Shown in pieces: positions 12,148-24,512 of a stretch of DNA of 64,000 bases. This DNA comes from the human T2T-CHM13v2.0 reference genome, Homo sapiens. The number at the start of each line of letters is the position of its first letter. Within the stretch, counting starts at the first letter, position 1. The DNA is taken from the NCBI RefSeq assembly GCF_009914755.1, contig NC_060925.1; one strand, given 5' to 3'. The notes under the pieces were generated by a model. It was not told the origin of the DNA. It did no database searches and saw only the letters and a list, made by a program, of their open reading frames with translations. A program made the translations under genes and the position numbers.

Positions 12148-14430
12148 GAGGCTTTTACCTCTGGACAAGATGGAGTAAGAAGGTCTGGATTTACCATCCT
12201 GTTTGCTGCAAAGAAAGGATAAACAGACAAAATATATAAAACAATAGTTTCAAGAGATTGGACATCAAGCAACAAAGGGCTGTGATCCCTGAGAGAGAGA
12301 AAACAAATGAGGGGAGCCCAGCTTACTCCACTGAGGGGTTTTTAGTCTGTGATGTAAGCAGAGGAAACTCAGGCAGAGCTTGGCAAATTTCATGACTTGA
12401 GGAGACAGAGGGGAGGGTTCAAGGAGTCCAATGTGGCTGGAGTTTGTGAGACCAGAGACCAAATACTACGAAGGAGAGCTACACAGAGAGAACCTCAGGA
12501 TCTGCAAAGGGTCTGTCTCAAGTATTTGGCAGAGTACTGATCAACCATCTGAATGTTAGAAAAATAATTGAGGCCTGAGAAATAGTCATCTAGAAGGATT
12601 ATAGAGAAGAGTTTTGTTGGCTATGACAGTGCTACAAATAGTGCCTGTTCCACCACCAAGACTGGAGAAACCAATAATAAGTGAGACACAGGGTGGCATA
12701 CTCAGGAAGGTCTGGCCCCAGTAGTGGAGAACACTTGGCCCTAGTCTGAACACTTCTCTAGTCCCACCTAACACATCTAAAAGCAAGACTCAAAAGGATC
12801 ACACTGTTTCCAAGTAACTTAACTATGTCCAAGAACAAAGCTTAAGAATATTTCTGGGACTACAAAAATATCCAGCGCCCAATAAGGTAAAATTCATAAT
12901 GTCTAGAATGCAATAATTATACGAGAACACAAAGAAGCAGAAAAATATGAGGAAAATAATCGAAAATGATCAAGAAATGATGCAGATGTTGGAATTAGAC
13001 AAAGACATTAAACAGTTATTATAACTGTATTTGCATGTTCAAAAAATTAAATAGAGCCATGGAAGATATACAAAACACCCAAACTGACTTCTAGAAAGAA
13101 AAAGCAATCAAATAATGTCTGATATAAAAAATGCACTGGATAGGACTAATGGCAGAGTAGACAGACATTGCACAGGAAAAGATTAGTAAATTGTAAGATA
13201 TAGCAATAGAAACTCCCCAAAATGAAATACACAGAGGAAGAAAAAAGAATTAAAAAAAATGGGAACAGCCATGTGACAGCTTCAAGCAGTCTGGTATACA
13301 TGTGATTGAAGTTTCTGAAAAAAGGGTGGAGAGGAGTCAGAAAAAAATATTTTTAGGTACAATGGACAAAATTTTTTTCTAAAGTTGATAAAAACTATAA
13401 AGCCGTAGTCTCCAGACAGAAAATCATCATGGATATAGTAGACTTGAATAACACTATCAACTAACTTGGCCTGATGACATTTATAGAACAGCCTCACCCA
13501 ATAACAGCGAAATGTATACCTTTTTAAGTGCACATGGAACATTAAGTTTTTGTCAGGGATAGAAGCCTGCCTTTGAATGGCTGTCCTGTGGCTGGGAACC
13601 TGCTTTTTATTGCACATTGCCAGATGGTTCCATGAGCAAGATAGACCATATCCTGGGCCATAAAACAAGTCTTAATAAATTTAAAAGAATTCCAATACTA
13701 GAAAATGTGTTCTCTGGCTACAATGAAATTAAATTAGAAATCAATAACATACAGATACCTAGAAAATAACCAAGCATTTACAAACTAAAATACACTTCTG
13801 AATAATCCATCAGGTCAAGGAAAAAAAATCAAAAGTATTTTGAATTGAAAAAAAGTATAATATATTAGACTTTATGGGATGCTGCTATGGCAGTATTTAG
13901 GGGAAAAATTATAGCACTAAACATATTTATTAATAAAAAATAATCTCAAATCAATGATGTCACCTTTTATGTTAATAAACTGGGAAAGTAAGGGCCCCTA
14001 AACCTAAAGTAAAAAGAAAGAAAATAATAACTATTAAAGCAAAAATCTACAAAATAGAAAACAGTCTGGCTAGAGGTTTTTCAATTTTATTTATCTCCAA
14101 GAACGAACAACACTGATCAGGAATCGAAGAGAGAAGAAACAAGCTACCAATATCAGGAATGAGAAGTGACATCACTACTGATCCACTGATATTAAAAAGA
14201 CAAAGAGGAAATACTGTGAGCAACTTTATAAATTTCACATCTCAGAAGAAACTGACAAGTTTCTTGAAAGGCATAAACTACTGATGCTTACTCAAGAAGA
14301 TATAAATAACCTGAATAGTCCTACAGCACATGAAGACCTCGAATTTGTAGTTAAAACATCTACAAAGAAAACTTTAGGCTCAGATACCATCACTGGTGAG
14401 TGAATTCTCCCAAATATTCAAAAAAGAGTT

Positions 14431-14742
<312 letters not shown>

Positions 14743-15377
14743 TTATATATAAACTGATCCAGAAAATTGAAGATGAAGAAATAATTTTCATCTCATCCTT
14801 TGAGGCTGGCGTTATCAAAATCAGATAGAAAAACCAGATGACATTAGAAATAAAACCACAGACCATCTTGTGAACATAGATGCAAAAAATTTCAAAAAAA
14901 TTATCAAATCCAATCCAATCTTACATAAAAATCAAAATACATCTTGAACCAGAGGGATTTATCATAAAAAAGCACATGTTTAATATTTGAAATGAATCTA
15001 TTGAATTTACCATATTAGTAAAATAAAAAAGAAAAACTATATGATCATCTCAACAGAGACAGAAAAAGCATGTGACAAAATGTAACATCCATTCCTGAAA
15101 AAACTCTTAGCAAACTAGGAATAGAAAGGACATTTTTCAACCTGATAAAGGGCATCTACAAAAGTATCTACAACTAACATCATACTTCATAGTGAAAGAC
15201 TGAATTCTTTTCCTCTAATATCAAGAATAAGGGAAATATGCCTGCTTTCCCCTCTTCTATTCAACATTAGAAATTCTGATTAGTGCAACCAGACAAGAAA
15301 AAGAAGTAAAAAAAAAAAAAATTGGAAAGGAAGAAGTAAAATTGTCATTTGTAGAGTACATGACTGTCTATGTAGAA

Positions 15378-15601
15378 TGGTCTTTTTCAACCTCTGCTGG
15401 ACATTTTTTTCCTGATAATTCTTTGTTGTGGGGGACTGTCCTGTGTATTGTAAGATGTTTAGCAGAATCTCTGGCCTCTGCCCACTAGATGCCCATAGCA
15501 CTGCCCCTCCTCCCTCCAAGAGGTGACAACCAAAAATGTATCCAAACATTGTTTTCTGTCTCCCCAGAGGGGTAAAAACCACTCCCAGTTGATAACTTCT
15601 G
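15378..15601 (-). mobile_element. MER20 (hAT-Charlie) inserted in L1
   Basis: ATAATTCTTTGTTGTGGGGGACTGTCCTGTGTATTGTAAGATGTTTAGCAG...CCCACTAGATGCC...GTGACAACCAAAAATGT. Confidence 0.9.
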
Positions 15602-16649
15602 ATAACAGAAAATCTGATGGAATCTACAAAAAAGCTATAATACTAGAACTAATAAGTGAGTTTACCAAGATATTATACAAGATCAATATACAGAAATCAA
15701 TTGTATTTTTATATACTAGCAATGAACAAATGGATATGGAAATTAAATAGCAGTACCATTTACAATAGTTTCAAAAGTATGACAAATGTAACAAAAGATG
15801 TTAAAAACTATACACTGAAAACTATAAGATATTGTTGAGAAACATTAAACAAGACTGAAATAGATATACCCTATCATGGGCTGGGAGAGTTAATATTTGT
15901 AAGATGTCAACTGTCCCTAAATTAATTTATAAAATTAATGTAATCACAATCAAAATTTCAGCAGGCTTTCTTGCAGAAATTGACAAGCTAATTCTAAAAT
16001 TCACTGGAAATGCAAAAAAAAAAAAAAAAATCTAGAATAGCCAAAACAACTTAAAAAAAGGAACAAAGCTGAGAGAAAACATTACCTGATTTCAAGACTA
16101 ATAAAAGGTACAGGAGTCAAGACACTGTGGTATTGATATAAAGACAGACAAAAGTATCAGTGGAAAATAGTAGAGTCCAGAGACCTGCAGATACACGGAA
16201 AACAGGTTTTTGACAAAGATGTAAAAGCAATTCAGTGGAGAAAGGATGGTCTTTTCAACAAATGGTACTAAACAATTGGATATTCTTATGCCAACAAAAC
16301 AAAGCAAAAGAACTTTCAATTTGCATAATTTTGCAAAATTAACTCACATTGATTATAGTTCCAAATGTAAAATACTTTTAGAAGAAAATATAGGATAAAA
16401 TATTTATGATCTTGGATTAGGTAAAAGTTTCTGAGATAATTTTATACAAAAAGCATAATCTAAGAAAAGTATTGTTAAATTAAACTTCATGAAAATTAAA
16501 AACTTCTGCTTTTCAAAAGCAGAATTCATTGAGAGAATGAAAGGACAAATCAGACTGGGAGAAAATATTTTCAGAGCACATATTTAATAAAAGACTTGCA
16601 TCTAGAATATGCATAGAACTCTTAAAACTCACCAATAAGAAGACATCAA

Positions 16650-17674
16650 CAAAATTAAAACTTTGAGCTTTAAAGGATATCAACAAGAAAATGAAAAGAT
16701 AACCCACAAAATGAAATAGAATTTTCACAAATCACATATTTGATAACAGACTTTATATCTAGAATATATAAAAAAATTTAACAACTCAATAACAACTCAA
16801 TAATAAGACAAGTAAACCAATTTTAAAATGGGCAAAGAATCTGAATAGGCATTTCTCCAAAGAAGGTATACAAATGGCCAATAAAACCGTGAAAAGGTGC
16901 CCAACATCATTAGCCATCAGAGAAATCCAAATCAAAACTACAATGTATTACCACATCATACTCGCTACGATGGCTCTAATAAAAAAGACAGACCATGACA
17001 AATATCTGAAGGAATGTGGAGACATCAGAGCCCTTATACAGTGCTGGTGGGAATATGAAATGGTACAACTCTGGAAAATAACACATCCATGTCTTGAAAG
17101 ATTAAGTCTAGAAGTACCATATGACCTAGCAATTCTACTCCTAGGTATACACTCTAAATAAATGACAGCAAATATCTACACAAACACTTATACACAAATG
17201 TTCATAGCAGCATTATTCATAAAAGCCAAAAAATGGAAACAACACAAATGTCCATCAACGGATGAATGGATAAATAAAATGTGTGCATTCTAGTCATACA
17301 ATGAAATATTATTTGTCAATAGAAATAAATGAAGCACTAATATATACTAGAACACGAATGAACCTTGAAATCATTATGCTACATGAAGGAAGACAGCGAC
17401 AAAGGATTACTTATTGCGTGATTACATTTATATGACATGTCCAGAATAGGCAAATCTCTAGAGACAGAAAGCAGATTAGCGGTTGTGTAGTGCTTGTTAG
17501 GTGATGGATGGGAAATGGGGAGTGACTGCTAGTGTGTATAAGGAGACGAAATGTTCTAAAATTGATTATGGTGATGATTTAAAATCTGTTAATGTGCTAA
17601 AAAGTACTGACTTATATATTTTAATTGGGTAAATTTGTGATATCTAAATTATATCTCAATAAAGCTCTTATTAA

Positions 17675-17675
<1 letters not shown>
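16650..17675 (+). mobile_element. 5'-truncated L1MB-like element nested in the older L1
   Basis: Second copy of the ORF2 C-terminal region (ORF 16874-17161, MANKTVKRCPTSLAIREIQIKTT) with its own 3' end ATCTCAATAAAGCT. Confidence 0.75.

Positions 17676-17712
<37 letters not shown>
17676..17712. repeat. (CA)n microsatellite
   Basis: Direct read; sits at the tail of the nested L1. Confidence 0.95.
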
Positions 17713-17714
<2 letters not shown>

Positions 17715-17741
17715 AAAAGAATGGGCCCTCTAAAAGAAGGC

Positions 17742-17868
17742 AGGACTTTTTGTAGTGATGGAAATCTTCTGTATCTTGACTGTGGTGATAGTTACCAAAG
17801 TGAATACATTTGTCAAAACTCATTGAGATGTATGTAAATTAATTCTCAATAAAGTTGATTTTTAAAAG
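17742..17868 (+). mobile_element. Short additional L1M 3'-end fragment
   Basis: GTGATGGAAATCTTCTGTATCTTGACTGTGGTG...CATTTGTCAAAACTCAT...CTCAATAAAGTTGATTTTTAAAA. Confidence 0.7.
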
Positions 17869-19944
17869 CCTCAATAATAAGGCAAAAATAAATTAAAAAT
17901 GGGCGAAAGATTTGAAACTTACCACAGATGGCAAATAAGCACATGAAATGATATGCGACATCATTAGTCATTAGAAAAGTGCAAATTAAAACCACAATGA
18001 TATACCACTACCTGTTAGAATAGCTAAAATTAAAATGACTAAGTGTGGTCAAAGATATATTGGATCTGGAATGCTCCTTCTCTGGTTTTGTTAATGTAAC
18101 GTGGTATAACCACTCTGCAGAATGGTTGACAGTTTCTTAAACATTCAGCAGGCATCTAACACGTGATCTAGGCATTCCACTCTTAGGTATTTACCCAACA
18201 GAATTTAAAACACATGTTCATATAAAGACTTGTATACAAATGTTCATAGCAGTTTTATTTGTAATTGTGCAAAGCTGAAAATAATCCAAATGCCTATCAA
18301 CAGGTGAATAAATAAATTGTGGTATATACTACTCAGCAATATAATGGAGTGACCTGCTGAGTACAAACTGTATGAATCCATTTATTTTAAGACATTAGAA
18401 AATGCAAATAAATCCACAGCAACAGAAAGCAGATCAATAGTTGTCTGGGGAGGAGTGTGAGGAGGTGCAGGAGGGAGAGTAAAAGGAAATTCTGGAGGCT
18501 GATAAATATGTTCACTATATTGATCATGGTGAAAATGTTATTGGTGTATAGATGTCAAACTTTATCAAATTGTGTATTTTAAATATGTGTGGTTTATTGT
18601 ATGTCAATTATACCTCCATAAAGCTGTTAAAGATAATCCATTTAAAGTGCCTGGCTTGCAGTAAGAGGCCGTTTTCTCTAATTGCTCCCTGGCTTCACAC
18701 ACTGAAATTACAGGAAGGAGAAGTCTCCCACCCTGGCTTGGATAGGCCCCTGGGACACAGGATTGACTTGCCCTCAGTTCTGCCCAGTCCCTTCCCAAAA
18801 AACTTTTGTTAGGGAAAGGAAGTAATCAATGGCTTCTTTATCCTTTCCAAGAAGAGCTGACTTACTTAGTCTGTCATATTTCTTTACTCACACTAGGCCT
18901 TCTTGGGGTCTTGGCTTTAATAACTATTTCGGTATTATTTTGTTGTACATTTCCATATAGCCAACCAATGCAGATCAAACCATCTCAATCAAATCAACTG
19001 TACCAATATTTTTTCAATGTAAGTTTATGTGAGAAACATGGTAAGTCTACAGGAAGATAAAGAAACAAAGATGAGTGAGAAAGCAGTGATGTCTACAAGG
19101 ACACCACAGTGGAGCAGGATTTAGGGGCTAAAGTGGGAACACTAGTGACTGCATCCAGCGGGCAGAATGAGATTGGAATATGGGGAGCTGCAGAAGCACC
19201 AACACGGGGGTTTACCAACACCAGAGCACTGTCTGCGTCTTCCTCTGTGAGCTTTGTGGGCTCATCCTAACATCCCAGATGCCCTCTTTTTCTTCCACTG
19301 CCTGGGAGACCACATATCATCCAGTGGAAGGCGGGAACGTCTCTCCCTGCTGATTGCCTGCTCTCTCTGCCTGCACCCAGAGGAATGGAAAGATTCTGAG
19401 CTATCAGATAATTGGGGGAGTCTGGCATTTTCTGTCTTTGCCTGTGCTGCTATCTGCCACCTCCCAGAGATCTGCTAGCTGAGCTTGTAGATCTGATTTT
19501 TGGAGGGCTTCTAAAGACAACTTTCAGCTGTGTATTTGTATGCAGCTCTCTGTATGGGCTATTCGACAGGCATTCAGATTTAGGGGGAGAAGCATATGCA
19601 TGTCAGAAGAAAGCAGATGCTGTATAATCAAAAGTAATTTAGAAGGAAAGGAGATAGTGATAAAAGGACAGACCCCATACCCAGTGTCAGGAGGTTTTGT
19701 GCCACTGCTGTACTCTTTCTGAGGCTCCTCGGGGCTCTTTGTGTTCCAAGCAGCTGCATCAAAAGCAATGGGAACCCTTCTGATGGCTTGGTGTACAGCT
19801 ATAAAAGAAGCAGCCATAAGAGATGGGAGTTATGGGCTCCCAGATGCCTCAGAACCCAGCCAGTGCCATTAGAGGGTTCAGATTGTTAGAGGGTGAGGCA
19901 GACTAGGCCTTCAAAGAGAGGTTACAAACCCATAGCCAATAAGT

Positions 19945-20180
19945 GAATGCAGTGGGGTGAAATGTGAAGATCACGGTCTTCGAAGTCTCCAAACTCTAAA
20001 CATCACTCAGGCTGAGATTCTACTCCATCCTTTTCTGATCTTGGGTGATCTTGGAAATGTTATTTACTCACTCACAGCCTCATTTTATCAGCTGTAAAAT
20101 GGAGTGATGATAATAATAATAATGCCTGTCTTTTCAGGGTTGTTTTAAGGACTAAGTGGAATGCTATTTAAGTGCTAAAC
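19945..20180 (+). mobile_element. MIR
   Basis: GGGTGATCTTGGAAATGTTATTT...GCCTCATTTTATCAGCTGTAAAATGG...CAGGGTTGTTTTAAGGACTAA. Confidence 0.75.
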
Positions 20181-20240
20181 AGGGGAGTACACTAACATAC
20201 ACAAAGATAAATTTTTAGACGATTTTATGTATTTTAAAAT

Positions 20241-20369
20241 ATTTTTTATTTTAAATAGGAGGTCTTGCTATGTTGCCCAGGATGGTCTCAAACTCCTAGG
20301 CTTAAGCGATCCTGCCACTTCAGCATTTCAAAGTGCTGGATTTACCAGCATGAACCACTATGCCCAGCC
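20241..20369 (-). mobile_element. FLAM (free left Alu monomer)
   Basis: GGTCTTGCTATGTTGCCCAGG...CTCCTAGGCTTAAGCGATCC...CCACTATGCCCAGCC; monomer only. Confidence 0.85.
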
Positions 20370-22189
20370 TTGGAGGTTTTAAATATAAGAGGCATTGTAT
20401 TTGGGTGAGAAAAGGAATCTTTAGCTGCCAAAGATGTTTCCTTGGACTACAGAAGCCTGAGGGTCAAGTCTGGGTGCTAAATGATTGAAACGAAGACCAT
20501 GCCCACACTGAACGGGACATCCTTTCAGATTTAAACCGCAGGCCCACTGTCAGCCCTGGGCTGCCATGGCCTACAGCCAGGACATCAGTGAATGCTGCCT
20601 CTCTTTCCTTCTTGTTTTAGCGAACATGAAATGTTTGCTGGCTCAGAAAGAAGGACTTGACCTCAAGCAAAATAAAAAAGCACAACTTCCAGGTATCAAA
20701 ATGACTTGAGTTCACAAACTATCCTCAAAAATGGATATCTCACACAAAGAAAGAAAAGTGGAGATCTCTGGGTACAATGGTTTCTTTAGTCAGGGGTAGG
20801 GGAAATAAAAAATTGAATATCACTGGAATACCATGTTGCTCTTGTAGGAAAGTAGAACAGTTTCCTTCAGTGCCAAAGAAAATGTCTCTTTACAGGACCC
20901 TGACGGTCCTATCAGTAGGTCATGTATCTTTGTACATAAGGAAACAACAGTTATTTAATCGTTCTCTTACCATTTGAAGAATAATGGGAAGATTCAGTCC
21001 CCTAAAATCTCTACCTGAGTACAAAAGGGAAATTCCCTATGGTGTCTTGTAACTGGTGTCTTCTCCAACTTCCTCTAGTGCTTCTAACTCCACATTTTCA
21101 GATAAGTTCCCCCTTGTTTCATAGTTACCGACTGGCTCTGTTCTTGGAGGCCATAGAATCTGCAGTGTGAACCTCCCAGCCTCAGCCACTATCCCTTGTC
21201 CTCTTGTTTACTTAATTAATATGATGTGTTCATTTCCGCTGCTGCTGGTAGTGCTCTTATTAGGTCCTATCTGGACTCTTGCCCACTTTGGACATACTTT
21301 TTTTCCCCTTTCATGGAAAATCCAAAAACACAGAACCATGGAAACAGTAAAAAATAAATAAATAAAAAGGAGGGGAGGCTTGGTAGGCCCCTCTATGCAA
21401 TACTACTCATATTTATCTTCACTTTCAGTTTCTGTTAATTGATGAATGAACGTTAAATTATTTAGAGTAGTCCTGGCACATACTAAGCATTATATATACA
21501 TGCCCACTATCATCATCATCATTTTTATAATATAAAAAATAGAACCATGACACATGCTTCACAATTTACAAAAGTGATTTCACAGAATCCGTGTTTCATG
21601 CTCTAGTACATTTCCAAAGGTTACCAATGTTTTCCTTACGGAATATAGAGATCTTACACTGGGACACTGTGAGGCAGAGACAGGTCCTGTAGCATAGACG
21701 AGACAGCCTGGGCTGGGAGGGGAGCGTAGATTTTCCCATCCTTTCTGGATGCATTGCTGATGAAAGCATCCTCAGGAATCACCCCAAACACAGTGGCTGG
21801 CACATTGTAAGTAAGTATCTAATGTACATTAACAGATTATCTCCTTGAGGTCCCCTCTGCACGAAAAAGCTATGCTTTTAGCAGTTGTACTTGAAAGCAG
21901 CCCCAGGCCTCATCAAGCAGCCCTGCATAGGGGCCCAATAAAGTCCCTTCTCACAGTCACGCTGGGGTGTCTTATCTTTAGCTCCCACTCCTGGAGGAAG
22001 GGAGTGTACTTGCCCTCAAAACAGCAAAGGGACTATGCTTTTCTTCTCCAATTTCTTATCCTGTGCCCAATCTGAGTTGATTATTGTTTTGCTCCTTCAT
22101 CTGCCTTTCTCTCTGCTGGATAAGCAGTTTGTGCTAATACTATTTTCCTTTCCAAATCTTTTGTTCTACAGATAATGATCATGATAATA

Positions 22190-22430
22190 ACAATCTTTCT
22201 CTTTTGTACAATGCTTCATAGTTTTCAAAGCACTTTCTCTGCCATTTTCCTATTTTTCCCTCAAAACAACCAGGATGGGTAGGCAGGGATGTGCCACTGT
22301 CATTCTCATTTTACAGGTGAGATTATGACACTCAGAGAGGCACACACATTTTTAAGGTCACACAGCCAGTAAGGGACAGAACCAAAAGTAGAATTCAAGG
22401 CCTTGCCTTCAGGGCCTCAGAGTTTTCACT
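22190..22430 (-). mobile_element. MIR
   Basis: TTTTCAAAGCACTTTC...CATTTTACAGGTGAG...ACTCAGAGAGG...AAGGTCACACAGCCAGTAAG. Confidence 0.8.
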
Positions 22431-22522
22431 GGTGCATATGATTTCCTGTGGGTGAGTGGCAGGTGTGGAAGCTCAGAGACGGGGATGAGTGAGCTTTAGG
22501 ATCATGAACAACAGTAACAGCT

Positions 22523-22549
22523 GTGGTGGTGGTGGTGGTGGTGGTGGTG
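22523..22549. repeat. (GGT)n microsatellite
   Basis: Direct read. Confidence 0.95.
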
Positions 22550-22809
22550 ACGTGAGAAACAGCTAAGGAGATGTAGGAAAAAGCCAGCATTGTGAGGCTT
22601 AAAAATGGATAGAGTTAAGGATTCCGAAATGAGAATTTAAATAACCAAGAAATGTAGCCAACATCCAGTAAGAACTCCATTAGTTGAATTAACAAAGGGA
22701 TGAATAGTATCAAAGAAAAATATATTCTTTAGCTCCTCTCTGAGGACATGCATGTGTGTTTACAATCAATTTACTCACCTTAGGTAGAGGGAATTGGAAC
22801 CTCCTAAGA

Positions 22810-23010
22810 CAATGGTTCTCAATTTTGATCCCCAGGGCGCATTGGGAAATGCCTGGGGAAATACCATTGGTTGTCACAACTGGGGAGGGGTTCTATGGCA
22901 TCAGGGAATAAAGGCCAGAGATGCTTCTGTGCATCCTACAAGGCACAGGACAGCCGCCACAACAATTATCCAGCCTAAAACGTCAGTAATGCCAGCGTTG
23001 AGAAATTCAC
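22810..23010 (+). mobile_element. MER20
   Basis: CAATGGTTCTCAA...TTGGTTGTCACAACTGGGG...CATCCTACAAGGCACAGGACAGCC...GTTGAGAAA. Confidence 0.9.
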
Positions 23011-23923
23011 CCTCAAGGAATAGACATTCCACACTTGCCCTATTTTCAGCATGGAGACACCCTTGGCATTACCCTTTTTTATGGGTCTATAAATATGACT
23101 ATTGGATTATGGAGTTCTTAAGAGAAAAAGAAGGACTTCAAGAATTAAATCTGATTCCAGAATCAAATAATGGCTCAGCTCAATATTTGTTCCCTCTTTA
23201 AAAAATTGACCATACTCTCCTGTGTGGAGAATAAGGAAGTGCCAAAATAAGTGCCAAATGATGCTTTACAGGGCTGTGTTCCCAAGTGTTGGCAAAGTTA
23301 GGTCTGAAACATTGATAACTAATCTATACAGATCTTGAGACTAGGGTTCTCTGTTGAGAGTTCAGCAGGAAAGGACTGATTGGGAAAAAAAAAATTGTGA
23401 AAGGACGAGAAGTCCATGGAATGTCAGAGCTGGAAGAAGACTTAGAGATTATGTAATACTGTCCTTTTACACGTGTTAAACTGAGGCCTCACAAAGTTTG
23501 CACTGATAATGGCATGATGAGACCCAAACCCAAGATTCTGTGTTGTTGAGGTAAAACAATGCCCCAAAATATACTTTAGTGTCATTCCACTTTGCACTGG
23601 GCCAGCTCTGGTCAGGGTATTTCCTTGGGTTTACTGTGGCATTGTTAATTCCAACACGGAGTAATCTGAGGAATGTTCTCTTGGAAGATATGGATTCTTT
23701 GGTACAATATTGACCAAATGATACTTACACTCCTACTGAACATTTACACAATGTCTGATCGTTTCTGAAATTTTTTTGCATGTGCTCTTTCTCACCTTCC
23801 AGCCCCTGTACTTGCTGTTTTATGGATGTGTGTGGGGTGCTCTTCTTTTCTTCTTTCCATTTTCCTAATCATTCTTTCTTTAGCAGCTCGTCCCCCACTT
23901 CTGTAAGTCTTCCCCCGACTCTG

Positions 23924-23954
<31 letters not shown>

Positions 23955-23962
23955 ACACACAC
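23924..23962. repeat. (CA)n microsatellite, interrupted
   Basis: Direct read. Confidence 0.95.
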
Positions 23963-24394
23963 GCCATATAGAATAAATCTGTCCATGCTGCATACAATTT
24001 CTATGCCTTGCACATACTTCTGCTGTACAATAACCTGTATCATGTTGGATTTTGTGGAAACCAATAAATAACTCCCCCTTTCTTCCCCTATTGAATTCAG
24101 AATCAATTGAGAAATAAGACACAGTTGTCAAACAGATGGAAATAAAAATACCAAGTTTATTGGTAAAATTTATTACAGAACATGGCTTAGTTCTGCAGCC
24201 AAGTGTGGCTCCCTAATAATTTCCTCCAGAGTGAAACTCACCCATCTAGCCACAGGCAGAATTAGAAACGTGCTGTGGGGAGTGAGTGAGACGATGGAAA
24301 GAAAGAGGCCCTACAGTTTTGCCTTCCTGGAGATTGCTAACATTTTCCTTTCTTTAGGACTAAATATTTCAGAGTTGACATCAAAATACACAGT

Positions 24395-24512
24395 CTGTCT
24401 CCTCTCTTAGATTGTGGGCGACTTGGGGGCAGGGATAGCATATGGTCTATCTTTGTTTTCTCAACTCCAAGTTTAGTGTCTGGTACATAGCAGGTCTGTT
24501 AAATGGATGACG
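24395..24512 (+). mobile_element. L2 3' end
   Basis: TTAGATTGTGGGC...TTGGGGGCAGGGA...GTGTCTGGTACATAGCAGGT. Confidence 0.65.
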
